In this document: positions 9,586 to 18,866 of the stretch, in pieces | How the letters are laid out: each line of letters begins with the position of its first letter | Numbering within the stretch: position 1 is the stretch's first letter | Virus record (IMG/VR): IMGVR_UViG_3300032257_000085 | Span: 1 to 29,089 of that record | Origin: a virus | Taxonomy: Duplodnaviria; Caudoviricetes | DNA length: 29,089 bases | Reading direction: 5' to 3' (one strand) | Made by a program: the position numbers and the translations under genes | Notes under the pieces: generated by a model | Told to the model about the DNA's origin: nothing | What the model saw: only the letters and a program-made list of their open reading frames with translations | Database searches by the model: none

Positions 9586-9921
9586 ATGGTCCAGGCAATA
9601 AATGTTATCAGTGAATTTGATTTTGTTTGTGATGGCGATAAGGACGAGAGCGGTAATTTAAAGTCAGATGCAACAACATGGAAATTACGCGGCTTAAATG
9701 GCATGGAATGGGTGAAATGTGTTGTAACAGGCAGCGTAAACCATGAAATGGTTATTAATTATGGTTTAGTTGGCTGGAATAATTTTCTGGATGAAAAAGG
9801 CAATGAAATGGAATACTGCATTGCTAATATGTCGAGAATACCACCAGACATACTCACTGATATTTTTTTACAGATTAACTCTGCATCAACCATAGGGGAT
9901 GAAGAAAGAAAAAACTCATAA
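9586..9921 (+). CDS. tail assembly chaperone (gpG-like)
   Basis: Between tube and tape measure; LVGWNNF motif; ends at a slippery A-AAA-AAC. Confidence 0.8.
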   Translation: MVQAINVISEFDFVCDGDKDESGNLKSDATTWKLRGLNGMEWVKCVVTGSVNHEMVINYGLVGWNNFLDEKGNEMEYCIANMSRIPPDILTDIFLQINSASTIGDEERKNS

Positions 9922-10211
9922 TCGCAATTGAGGTTTATTCAAATCCAGATAAATTCAATTGCGAGGATTGCGGGCATCATCATTGTGATGCAGAAAAAAA
10001 GGTAAAGGGTTCAAATGGTGCTGCGGGGTATAATCTACATACCATCAACAATAAGTGGCACTTTCAAACATGCCTTTTACCGATGATTACTGATAGCAGT
10101 AATTTTATGTTAAAAATGCACAAGCATTATCAAAATGGTGTTTTGTTGCAATCGGGCGGGTTACTAGACCAGCCGAATTATTATCTTGAGGCTATGGAGA
10201 TTATCGGTTAA
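9909..10211 (+). CDS. -1 frameshift extension of tail chaperone (gpGT-like)
   Basis: Heptamer A AAA AAC at 9909-9915. The -1 frame stays open to TAA 10209-10211 and encodes ...FNCEDCGHHHC...QTCLLP...GGLLDQPNYYLEAMEIIG. Confidence 0.8.
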   Translation, partial: KKLIIAIEVYSNPDKFNCEDCGHHHCDAEKKVKGSNGAAGYNLHTINNKWHFQTCLLPMITDSSNFMLKMHKHYQNGVLLQSGGLLDQPNYYLEAMEIIG

Positions 10212-12223
10212 TGGCTACAACACATAATATCGACATAGAAGCGAAGGATAAAACCAAAGCCGCTACCGCTTCAATCGGTAGAAATCTCGACAAGACAGCA
10301 TCTAAAGCCGATAACCTGGCTGGCCGCTTCCGTAACATGGCAAGAGCCACAGCAGCGGTACGTGGTCCATTAGATGGTGTTGCAGCCAGAATGTCATCAT
10401 TAGGTTCGTTAATCGGTAGTGTGTCCATTGGCTGGGTTGCGATGGGTACAGCTATTGCCGGTGCTTCTGTAGTTCTTAAAAAATCCGTATCTGTTTTCAG
10501 TGACTATGAACAATCAATGATGGGTATTAATGCCCTGATTGAACGCACTGGTGATGCTGCGGGTGTTACAGGCCAGCAAATCTCTGATATGGCAGAAAGG
10601 ATAGGCCGAGATACATTAGCCAGTGCTGGTGAAGTCAGGGATGCTGCGGCTATCATGCTGACGTTTAAATCTGTTACGGGTGATGCGTTTACCCGATCTG
10701 TTGAATTAGCCCAGGATATGGCGGCTGTAATGAAACAGGACTTAAATTCATCTGTTAAGCAGTTGGGTAAGGTGCTTGAGGACCCAATACGCAATTTATC
10801 AGCTTTAAATCGTTCAGGCGTTTCATTTACTGCAACTCAAACCGCCATGATTAAGAAAATGGTTGAAATGGGTGATAAAGCAGGCGCACAAACTAAAATA
10901 ATGGATGTTTTAGCGGGCCAGTTAGGGGGGTATGGTGCAGCGGAAGGCCAGGGCGTGGCTGGTGCTATTGATTTAGTCGGTGAAAATTGGACTTTATTAA
11001 TGCGTAAAATCGGAGAAACGGGTATTGCTAAACAAGCAGCGGCATGGATGAAGCAATTAGCCAGCGGCATGAGGAATGTTGCTGAAAATATCAATCCTAC
11101 TTTACAGGAAGCATACAACCAGAAATTAAGAGAATTGCATCAATTAGAGAAGGAGGGCAGTGAAGCAAGAGGAAGAAGTGCCGAATCTCAAAAAAATCAG
11201 CGGTGGTTAAGAGAGCAACAGATTCATAATGAGTTGGCTTTATTAACAAAGGAATTAAAGGCTGAAAATGAAATAAATGCCGCTTTCCAGGCTGACGCAG
11301 ATATGATGGCTGGAATCAATGCGGCTAATGAGGCTGCGGCGGTTAAATTTCTAAAGTCAGAAGAAGATAAATTAAAAGCCATTAAGCGCAGGCAAAAAGT
11401 TCAGCAAGACGCGGCTGATAAATTCGGTGAAATGGTTAGAAGTGAGGCCGATACAGCAAGACAGGCTAACCTGGATAAATTAGCGGTAGAAGATGAAAAC
11501 TTTGCCGATAAAATGTTCAAGCTTGAAACACTACACGCAGCATCATTGATGAGTGATGAAGAGTTCTTTTTACAATCAGAATTGTTGGAGCAGGCACACC
11601 AGGACAGAGTAACTACTATTACCGAAGAAGCTGCAAAAAAACGAGAGCAAGTTGAAAACAGGGTAAATAACGCGGTGCTATCTTCGCGCGGCACATTTAC
11701 CAATAGCATGTTGTCATTAGGTAATGCGTTAGCTGGTGAAAACGAAAACTTACAAAAAGCAATGTTTATAATCTCCAAAGCGGTTGCAGTTGGTAATATT
11801 CTTATTGATACAGAAAGGGGAGCTATTGCTGCTATGGCTAGTCGGGCAGTATTGGGTCCGGAGGCAGCAATAGCAGCAGCAACTAAAATTAGGGCTTATG
11901 GTTATGCTGCGGCTGCGGCGACAGCAGCTACCGGTATTGTTGAAGCGGGTGCGAGGGTTCATGGTGGCTCAGTCATCGGCAACAGAGCTTATTTAGTGGG
12001 TGAGCGCGGCCCTGAATTGTTCATGCCTGGCAGATCAGGTAGTGTTATTAATAACAATGATATTACTAATAATAGCTCTACATCTCCTGTTATTAATTTA
12101 ACTCAGAGCATTACTTATGACACGCCATCAACATTATCAAGAACTATAAAAGAGGGTTCCCGTACAATCGTGAGTGCTATAATCGATGCGTTTGAAGCGG
12201 AAGGCAAGGGGCTTCCAGTATGA
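10211..12223 (+). CDS. tape measure protein
   Basis: 670-aa Ala-rich helical protein; QLGKVLEDP and C-terminal YLVGERGPELFMP motifs. Confidence 0.93.
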   Translation: MATTHNIDIEAKDKTKAATASIGRNLDKTASKADNLAGRFRNMARATAAVRGPLDGVAARMSSLGSLIGSVSIGWVAMGTAIAGASVVLKKSVSVFSDYEQSMMGINALIERTGDAAGVTGQQISDMAERIGRDTLASAGEVRDAAAIMLTFKSVTGDAFTRSVELAQDMAAVMKQDLNSSVKQLGKVLEDPIRNLSALNRSGVSFTATQTAMIKKMVEMGDKAGAQTKIMDVLAGQLGGYGAAEGQGVAGAIDLVGENWTLLMRKIGETGIAKQAAAWMKQLASGMRNVAENINPTLQEAYNQKLRELHQLEKEGSEARGRSAESQKNQRWLREQQIHNELALLTKELKAENEINAAFQADADMMAGINAANEAAAVKFLKSEEDKLKAIKRRQKVQQDAADKFGEMVRSEADTARQANLDKLAVEDENFADKMFKLETLHAASLMSDEEFFLQSELLEQAHQDRVTTITEEAAKKREQVENRVNNAVLSSRGTFTNSMLSLGNALAGENENLQKAMFIISKAVAVGNILIDTERGAIAAMASRAVLGPEAAIAAATKIRAYGYAAAAATAATGIVEAGARVHGGSVIGNRAYLVGERGPELFMPGRSGSVINNNDITNNSSTSPVINLTQSITYDTPSTLSRTIKEGSRTIVSAIIDAFEAEGKGLPV

Positions 12224-12822
12224 GTGGTGCTTTACCAATAACGCCAGGATTTAGTTCAATAGACGTTATACCCAGCAACATGGTTATAACGGAATATTCT
12301 GAATCTGGAAAAGTAGAATCGCGTAATACAGGGGGTACTGGGTTATCGTTTAAAATAACGTATGGCGTAATGAATCGCTCTATGTTTATGCCGGTATGGG
12401 CCTTTTTATTAAAGCAAAAAGGCAGTTTTGAATCTTTTACTTTTATTGACCCATCAACAGCAACACCACAAGGCATAGCAACGGGAACCCCTTTAGTTGT
12501 TGGCGCACATACAGCCGGTGATGAAACGATTGCAACGGATGGCTGGACAGCATCACAAACAGGCATTTTATTAGCCGGTGATGTATTAAAATTTGGTGGT
12601 CATAATCAAGTTTACCATTTAACTGATGATGCTGATTCAGATGGCGCTGGTGCTTCGACGCTTTCAATCTATCCACCACTCGAGGAAGCACTGGCTAATA
12701 ATGAATCGATAACTGTTAATGATGTTCCTTATACGGTTAAATTAGTCGGTGATATTTCAGAAAGAAAAACATCGGCCCCTTCACTTATTCGTTATTCATT
12801 TGAATGTCGTGAGGCTAAGTAA
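12220..12822 (+). CDS. distal tail protein (Dit-like)
   Basis: 200 aa directly after the tape measure gene; FL..QKGSFESFTF and LSIYPPL motifs. Confidence 0.7.
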   Translation: MSGALPITPGFSSIDVIPSNMVITEYSESGKVESRNTGGTGLSFKITYGVMNRSMFMPVWAFLLKQKGSFESFTFIDPSTATPQGIATGTPLVVGAHTAGDETIATDGWTASQTGILLAGDVLKFGGHNQVYHLTDDADSDGAGASTLSIYPPLEEALANNESITVNDVPYTVKLVGDISERKTSAPSLIRYSFECREAK

Positions 12823-15800
12823 TGGCTGATCGTAATATGACAGCAGCGGTTATTACCGCACTTAGTTCAGATCATCGTTTTTACCATGCAATCAGCTTTG
12901 ATTTTGCAACACCGTTGCGCTACACCAATTGCTATAAAGATTTAACAATCAGCGCGAATAGCTATATTTCATCTGATCATATAATTGAATATCCAGATAT
13001 TAAAGAAAGTTTAGGTATCAAGTCGCACGGCATTTCTATAAAAATGAGCGGTGTTGCGATTGCAAATCACGCTTTAGCATTAACAGAAAGTTATCTGAAC
13101 AAAGAAGTGGTTATATACCGTGTTTATTTGGACGCTAATAATGCACAGATAGCCGACCCGGTAGAAATGTATAAGGGTTATGTTGACTCATACGAAACAG
13201 AAGAAAATATTGAAAAGGGTACATCGGTAATAACTTGGAAAATAGCCAGTCATTTAGTTGATTTTGATCGCGTTGTTGGTCGTGAAATGTCGGACGATGT
13301 ACAGCAGAATTTACATTCTGGTGATTTAGGGTTTGAATATGTAGAGATTGCAAATAATGTTGATTTTTGGTCAGCAGAAGCGCCATTGCCACCAGCGCAA
13401 GCACCATTTACGCCATCATCACTACAACCAACAGAACCAGTATCAGTGGGTAAAAGTCCGTATTATACCCGCGCATCAAAAAAGAAAAGCGATAAAAAAT
13501 TACCTGTTTTATATGGCAAGGTAAACACTAATGGCATCCCTGTTTTTAAGAAATGGGCTGTTATTGGAGGTGCTGCTGTTTTCGATGTTGTTTATGCAAT
13601 TGGCGAGGGCGAATGTGAATCATTGGTTGAGGTCATGTTTCCTGGCAGAAAAACAAAGGCTTCAAGTTCCAATGTATCAAGTTACCTAACAACCACCTTT
13701 TATTCCGGCACTACAACTCAGGCTGCTGACGCAACATTGGTTGCAGATCATCCAGAATGGACAACCGCGCACCAGTTAAAAGGTGTTTGCTATGTTTACA
13801 TAAGATACACAAATAAAGATAAATGGGGTGATTCAGAACCAATACCAGAGTTTGTTATTGAAGGTAAAAAACTATATGACCCGCGTGATTTAACCACTAC
13901 ATATCAAGCAAATAATGCTCTTGCAGCTTATGATTACTTAACCAATACAACTTATGGCAGAGGTCTTGCTGCGGCTAGTTTAGGTAATATAGATGAGGCA
14001 GCGGATTGGTGCGATACAACAGTAACCACGCATGATGGTGGTGCGGGTACTCAAGCAAGATTTGAAGTCAACGGCATTATAGACACAAGTGAAGATTTAA
14101 AATCAAATATTGAAACAATATTAAATTCTTTTTATTGTCGTCTTGCCTATGTAAATGGAATTTATAATTTAATCTATGAAACAACCAGCGAAGCATCTGT
14201 TTATTCATTAGATGAAGATAATTTATATGGCACATTTAAGGTTAAAGAAAAAGGGAAAAATTATTTATTAAATAAAATAAAAGTCGCGTTTAATGATAGA
14301 AAGTCTGGCGATCAAAGTTCATTTACTGAATTTAGACCGAGACCAATATTAGTTGAATCGGCAACGTATTTATCAGCGGATAATAATCTTGAGTTATCAA
14401 GATATCAAGAGCTTCCATTAGAAACCGATCGATATAGAGCTAGATATCACGGACAGATACAACTTAAAAAAAGCCGTGAAAATATATTGGTCGAATGCGC
14501 GTGTATGCGTGGGTTATCGAATAGAACCGAATTGGGTAATATAGTTGATGTTACACGTACTACTCAGGGTTTTTCTGCTAAAAAATTCCGTGTCACAGCA
14601 ATGACTTTACGTGCTAATGGCTCAACGTCATTTGATGAGCTGGAAGAGTACGAAAGTGCGGTGATGGATAGAACAACACCCGTTGAAACAACCCCTGTTG
14701 CTGATACTGATTACCATGACCCTTACACTGTAGAAGCACCAACGTCATTAGTATTGGCTTCTGGTACTACGCATTTATTAAAAGCGGGTGATGGCACGAT
14801 TATTAGTCGTATCAATGGAACCTTTACCGGCGCAATTGACCCGTTTACAAATCGTTATCGTGTTGAGTATAAGATTAGCACTGAAACCAATTATACAAAC
14901 AGCATGATTTTAGAGGGGAACTCTAATAATGAGTTTTTCATAAGTCCGGTACAGGATGGTGTTACTTATAACGTAAGAATCTACGGCATGAATGTTTTTG
15001 ATCTGGATTCAAGCGCATTAACGGGTAATCATGTTGTTGTGGGTAAAACAGCAGCACCAACAACACCAACAACATTAGCTTCTGCTGCTTTAACAAACGG
15101 AAATAAATTAACATGGTCAGCAATTAGTGATGCTGATTATGATCATACTGATATTTATGCTTTCACATCTGACACAAGAGCCTCAGTAACGGTTGTTGGA
15201 ACATCCAGCACAAACGCATTCACACACGTTACCGGCGTGGCTATGTATTACTGGATTAAACACGTTGATACTACTGGCAATGAATCGGCGTTCAATGCAA
15301 CTGCTGGCGTATTAGGAACACCAACAGCGGTTGCGGCTGGTGATTTGTCTGGTTCGCTTGATTTTGCAAATGTAGATGGCGCGACAAAGCCTGCTGATAA
15401 TGCTGATGTAACAGGCTCTAATACAGCCAATGACACAAGCAATGTAAATGGTGTTGCAGCTGCAACAGTTCAAAGTGATGCAGCTGATGGTGCTACGTTT
15501 ATAGATTCAGATGCAGGTAACTTTGCGTATGAAGACCAGGTGACACCAGCGAATCAAGCAACGCTTACTGATACCAGTTTAATTCCTGACACTGTTGGTA
15601 ATACAACACACATAACCAGATTGAATTTTGATTCAATTGTTCCATTCTCAATAACTAATGGCGATGGTTCTGCTTATTGCGATTTAGGCAAGCTGTATGT
15701 ACGGGCAGACGTAACAGCCAGCGATGCAGTTGTCAGGCTAAAGCGCCCCCTCGGCGCTGTATCGGCAGGCACGTTTCATTGGTCAAAAGATAGAACAACT

Positions 15801-16211
15801 AAATTTATAGTCGCGCCAATATCGGCATCATCCAGAAGTACCTCGGACTTAATAAGGGTGGGTGTTGGGGATATAACGCAGCTTTCAGGCAATAAAGGTT
15901 ATGGTGTAGATTTTTATATGTCTGGCAGCACAATGTATTGCAGGGCATTTAAAATTGCAGGCACCGCTATGGCCACTGGCACTGCTTTTACAGTAACGCC
16001 ATACAATGACTATGAGATTGAATGCGTATTTTTGGCGGGTACATCATTAACAATATATGTAAATGGTGTATCAAGAGGCGTATTTACCACAAGCTTGCCA
16101 ACATCATATCAAGGCGCAAATTTGCCACTTCATGTTCGTGTTGATGGTCATGCGACTTATCCGGCTGAGTTGCGCGTGAGTGAATTTATAGACCAGCTTA
16201 TGGAGTCCTAG
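12822..16211 (+). CDS. tail tip protein: hub-like N-terminus fused to gpJ-like central fibre with FnIII-like repeats and a C-terminal beta-sandwich
   Basis: N-terminal ~175 aa ends in DLGFEY; then LPVLYG, IGEGE, H.LKGVCY, GKKLYDPR, N.AL..YDYLTN..YGRG and RFEVNG gpJ-type motifs; YNVRIYGMN and YYWIKHVDTTGNES FnIII ends. Confidence 0.85.
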   Translation: MADRNMTAAVITALSSDHRFYHAISFDFATPLRYTNCYKDLTISANSYISSDHIIEYPDIKESLGIKSHGISIKMSGVAIANHALALTESYLNKEVVIYRVYLDANNAQIADPVEMYKGYVDSYETEENIEKGTSVITWKIASHLVDFDRVVGREMSDDVQQNLHSGDLGFEYVEIANNVDFWSAEAPLPPAQAPFTPSSLQPTEPVSVGKSPYYTRASKKKSDKKLPVLYGKVNTNGIPVFKKWAVIGGAAVFDVVYAIGEGECESLVEVMFPGRKTKASSSNVSSYLTTTFYSGTTTQAADATLVADHPEWTTAHQLKGVCYVYIRYTNKDKWGDSEPIPEFVIEGKKLYDPRDLTTTYQANNALAAYDYLTNTTYGRGLAAASLGNIDEAADWCDTTVTTHDGGAGTQARFEVNGIIDTSEDLKSNIETILNSFYCRLAYVNGIYNLIYETTSEASVYSLDEDNLYGTFKVKEKGKNYLLNKIKVAFNDRKSGDQSSFTEFRPRPILVESATYLSADNNLELSRYQELPLETDRYRARYHGQIQLKKSRENILVECACMRGLSNRTELGNIVDVTRTTQGFSAKKFRVTAMTLRANGSTSFDELEEYESAVMDRTTPVETTPVADTDYHDPYTVEAPTSLVLASGTTHLLKAGDGTIISRINGTFTGAIDPFTNRYRVEYKISTETNYTNSMILEGNSNNEFFISPVQDGVTYNVRIYGMNVFDLDSSALTGNHVVVGKTAAPTTPTTLASAALTNGNKLTWSAISDADYDHTDIYAFTSDTRASVTVVGTSSTNAFTHVTGVAMYYWIKHVDTTGNESAFNATAGVLGTPTAVAAGDLSGSLDFANVDGATKPADNADVTGSNTANDTSNVNGVAAATVQSDAADGATFIDSDAGNFAYEDQVTPANQATLTDTSLIPDTVGNTTHITRLNFDSIVPFSITNGDGSAYCDLGKLYVRADVTASDAVVRLKRPLGAVSAGTFHWSKDRTTKFIVAPISASSRSTSDLIRVGVGDITQLSGNKGYGVDFYMSGSTMYCRAFKIAGTAMATGTAFTVTPYNDYEIECVFLAGTSLTIYVNGVSRGVFTTSLPTSYQGANLPLHVRVDGHATYPAELRVSEFIDQLMES

Positions 16212-16214
16212 CGC

Positions 16215-16562
16215 ATGTTTAAAGTTGTTGAAAATCTACTGTTCTGGTCTGCTGATAGGGGTAATTATCAGCAAATACCAACAATAGAATCTGAAACACT
16301 GGTAAATTCTAGTGGCCATACAAAGCTTAGTAATGGGTTAATTATTAACTTCGGTAAAGATACAAGAAACTCTGACTCATCTTATACAATAACTTTTGAT
16401 CAGTCTTATACAACCGCCCCAGTTGTTACCTGTACTCGTATAGCGGCAAATAGTGGTTCACCAATGAACGCGGCAACAGTTACTACAACAGGGTTCACAA
16501 TTGATAGAGATAATGCAATTGACGGCGATCAAACCATACACTACATAGCAATAGGTATTTAA
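16215..16562 (+). CDS. small tail-fibre tip / lectin-like protein
   Basis: GHTKLSNGLIINFG...ITFDQSYTTAPVV...YIAIG matches the G.QKLP.GLIIQWG...WIAIG pattern of tail-fibre C-terminal domains; GGAG SD at 16202. Confidence 0.7.
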   Translation: MFKVVENLLFWSADRGNYQQIPTIESETLVNSSGHTKLSNGLIINFGKDTRNSDSSYTITFDQSYTTAPVVTCTRIAANSGSPMNAATVTTTGFTIDRDNAIDGDQTIHYIAIGI

Positions 16563-16564
16563 AA

Positions 16565-16906
16565 ATGAATATATTAACATTAACAATTTTATATATCGTT
16601 ATCACAGCACAACTATTCAGCGCAACGTGGATAATCTATGTTGCAATAATGTACTGTAAAAATAATTGGGATGATTTACCGCTACCGGCAAAAGTTCTCG
16701 CATCAATGTGGTTGCCTGTAGGATTAATTCTTGATGTGATTTTAAATATATTAATGACAGTTTACTTTTTAGATTTCTTTATTCTCGATTGGACATTATC
16801 GAACAGGCTTAACAGAATCAGAGATACCAAAACAGGTTATCGATTGCGCCATGCTGATTACATTTGTGAAAACCTTTTAAACCCATTTGATAAAGGACAT
16901 TGCTAA
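16565..16906 (+). CDS. conserved-type phage membrane protein
   Basis: Hydrophobic N-terminal helices; DVILN...TLSNRL...IC..LLNPFDKGHC pattern seen next to tail-fibre genes. Confidence 0.55.
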   Translation: MNILTLTILYIVITAQLFSATWIIYVAIMYCKNNWDDLPLPAKVLASMWLPVGLILDVILNILMTVYFLDFFILDWTLSNRLNRIRDTKTGYRLRHADYICENLLNPFDKGHC

Positions 16907-17085
16907 TGGATAAATTCAATTTCATATTCAGAAAAAAATACAGCGCAACTCTAATCGGCATATTTTCAATACTGGTATTGTCATTTGCAGATTTATTAAC
17001 GCCTCATGCGGCTAACGCAATACTGGGTATTACTGTTGCCTTTGTCGGAATGCAAGGCTATGTAGACGGCAAACAGAATGATTAA
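16906..17085 (+). CDS. putative holin (2 TM)
   Basis: 59 aa from ATG 16906 (TAATG overlap); basic N-terminus and two hydrophobic segments; precedes the spanins. Confidence 0.6.
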   Translation: MDKFNFIFRKKYSATLIGIFSILVLSFADLLTPHAANAILGITVAFVGMQGYVDGKQND

Positions 17086-17485
17086 GTGGTTTGCAATACT
17101 GGGGGTGGTGTCTGCTGTAGGTGGCGCGGGTTACTGGGTAGCAACTGAACTGATTGAAAAAGGTAGATTAGAAGTTGCAAATGAAACGCAAACTGAAACT
17201 ATAAAGTCATTACAAGATGGAATGAATCATTATGTGAAAGCCATTCAGTTTATGAGTGATGACTTTATAAAGAGTGAGGCAAAAGCAAATGAACAAAAAA
17301 AGCGATTCAATCTTGATGGCATGGAAAAACTTATCAAGAACAATCCGGTTCGCGCCGCTGCTGTTGCTTACAGTAATACAGATGTCCTGTTTTCTGAAAT
17401 CGAAACCAGACGTAATAGTTTCCGCGATCGAAACAAAGCCGAAACTAAAATGCCAGATAAGCGCTTACCCGCCTACATTCCATAG
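17078..17485 (+). CDS. i-spanin (Rz-like)
   Basis: Single N-terminal TM followed by a helical periplasmic domain; overlapped by a lipoprotein ORF. Confidence 0.7.
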   Translation: MIKWFAILGVVSAVGGAGYWVATELIEKGRLEVANETQTETIKSLQDGMNHYVKAIQFMSDDFIKSEAKANEQKKRFNLDGMEKLIKNNPVRAAAVAYSNTDVLFSEIETRRNSFRDRNKAETKMPDKRLPAYIP

Positions 17486-17624
17486 ACCGAAGCCCGCTAT
17501 CATTCAGGGGCATATCTGTTTAACGACAGAAGATAATAAAAACTTCTGGAATAACTATATTGATGGACTTAAATACGAATCCCAGCTTGAGGACTGCATA
17601 CGCACGTTTGAAAATTACCAGTAA
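17316..17624 (+). CDS. o-spanin (Rz1-like lipoprotein)
   Basis: Overlaps the i-spanin in another frame; MAWKNLSRTIRFAPLLLLTVIQMS-C signal with lipobox-like Cys; Pro-rich segment. Confidence 0.65.
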   Translation: MAWKNLSRTIRFAPLLLLTVIQMSCFLKSKPDVIVSAIETKPKLKCQISAYPPTFHRPKPAIIQGHICLTTEDNKNFWNNYIDGLKYESQLEDCIRTFENYQ

Positions 17625-17653
17625 AGACATTAATTAGTACCGGATTTTAATAA

Positions 17654-17683
17654 AAGCGGCTTACAGGCAATCTGAGGCCGTTT
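17654..17683 (+). terminator. putative terminator ending the late operon
   Basis: AAGCGGCTT-A-CAG GCAAT CTG-AGGCCGTTT hairpin, A-run before and T-run after. Confidence 0.55.
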
Positions 17684-17708
17684 CATCAATATCTTTAAAT
17701 AACCTCTA

Positions 17709-17751
17709 TGTCAACAAATAAGTTGACACCATTCAACAAATATTATAATCT
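17709..17751 (+). promoter_or_regulatory. sigma70 promoter with palindromic operator over the -35
   Basis: TGTCAAC-N6-GTTGACA (17709-17728) contains TTGACA at 17723; TATAAT at 17744 or TAATCT at 17746 (17-bp spacing). Confidence 0.75.
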
Positions 17752-17787
17752 ATCCGCACATAATAACTAAATGGTGCGGAGATATAT

Positions 17788-18018
17788 ATGCCTAATGATT
17801 CAAAAGTGTACGAAGAAACTGTACGCATTATTAAACAGCTCAATCAAAACAATGTGACGATTGCTGATATTGCGGCTGAAAGTGGCATTCCTGATCAATG
17901 GATTAGAAATGTTGTTAATCACGAAACCAACAAAACCTATGTTGATCGATTAGAAGCATTAAATAAGCACGTTAAAAAGCGCCTCAGAAGTGTTATGCGG
18001 GGTAAAAACAATGGCTGA
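17788..18018 (+). CDS. Cro/XRE-like HTH regulator
   Basis: 76 aa; TIADIAAESGIPDQWIRNVV helix-turn-helix; first gene after the promoter. Confidence 0.7.
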   Translation: MPNDSKVYEETVRIIKQLNQNNVTIADIAAESGIPDQWIRNVVNHETNKTYVDRLEALNKHVKKRLRSVMRGKNNG

Positions 18019-18217
18019 TGATGTAGATAAAGCAAATGACCATGCGCTTGAGGACCTTGAAAGGCGTATAGCAGCCGCCAGAACTGTAGTCGATGATACA
18101 GTCATTCATATTACCTGTATTGGCTGCGGCGAAACCATACATCCAGTAAGGCGAAAAATATTACCGGTTGTCAAATTATGTGCTGATTGTCAGTATCATA
18201 AAGAAAATAAACTTTAA
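18011..18217 (+). CDS. TraR/DksA C4-type zinc-finger protein
   Basis: MADDVDKAND acidic N-terminal motif; CIGC...IHPVRR...CADCQ; start ATG 18011. Confidence 0.88.
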   Translation: MADDVDKANDHALEDLERRIAAARTVVDDTVIHITCIGCGETIHPVRRKILPVVKLCADCQYHKENKL

Positions 18218-18238
18218 TAATAAAACGGAGTAGTCGCA

Positions 18239-18856
18239 ATGAGTAAAACACACAGAGTAACACCAGCAAAAGTTAATTCAGATTCACAGGCCGATGAATT
18301 TTTTTCATTAACACCAACACAAGTATCAGCCGGTATTATTAAGGGCCTGCTTTTAAATGTAGGTGCTGACAATAAAAAGACATGGATTTTCAGGGCAAAA
18401 GTAAACAACATTGATTTTAATTCAAAGCTTGGCGATATAAGTGAAATGACGCTGAACGAAGCAGAAATAAAAGCTTTGGATATTCATAACGGCGCTGTCA
18501 CTCCATCAATAAATTCACCATGCACTAATAATCATGTTCAGCAGGTTTTAAATGATGAGTCATTAATACCAGATTCATATTTACAAATGATTGAATGGGG
18601 TAGCGAGAACTCAGGCAAGTTATCACACGCCGCTAAAAATGGTGAAATCAGAAGCATTAAAATATTACACACGGAAGGCCAGCGGCGCGGCAAAACATTT
18701 TTGAACAAAGAAGATGTTAAGGCCTTCTTTGAAGCAGAAAAAAACAACACCCCTAAAAATGAAACGAATGAAATAAACGAAAGCGCACAGCAACAACTGA
18801 ATCGAATTGAGCAAAAATTGGACGCTGTTTTAGATTCATTTGGCATTAAACTATAG
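18239..18856 (+). CDS. integrase arm-type DNA-binding domain plus Xis-like wHTH, no catalytic domain
   Basis: GLLLNV...KKTWIFRAK...KLG...MTLNEAEIKA (Arm-DNA-bind_3/DUF4102 pattern); AAKNGEIRSIKI...GKTFLNKEDVKAFF; no R-H-R-Y residues; only 205 aa. Confidence 0.6.
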   Translation: MSKTHRVTPAKVNSDSQADEFFSLTPTQVSAGIIKGLLLNVGADNKKTWIFRAKVNNIDFNSKLGDISEMTLNEAEIKALDIHNGAVTPSINSPCTNNHVQQVLNDESLIPDSYLQMIEWGSENSGKLSHAAKNGEIRSIKILHTEGQRRGKTFLNKEDVKAFFEAEKNNTPKNETNEINESAQQQLNRIEQKLDAVLDSFGIKL

Positions 18857-18866
18857 GGATATAAAA

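Noticed and set aside
10088-10115. TTATGTTAAA XerD-like arm (possible dif/attP)
   Set aside because: No XerC arm at 6-bp spacing; lies within the gpT coding frame
16209-16211. Genome-wide amber (TAG) recoding
   Set aside because: ssb ends at its canonical DDIPF with TAG, and long genes are uninterrupted in code 11
15500-16562. Diversity-generating retroelement acting on the fibre tips
   Set aside because: No reverse transcriptase and no template/variable repeat pair seen in the window
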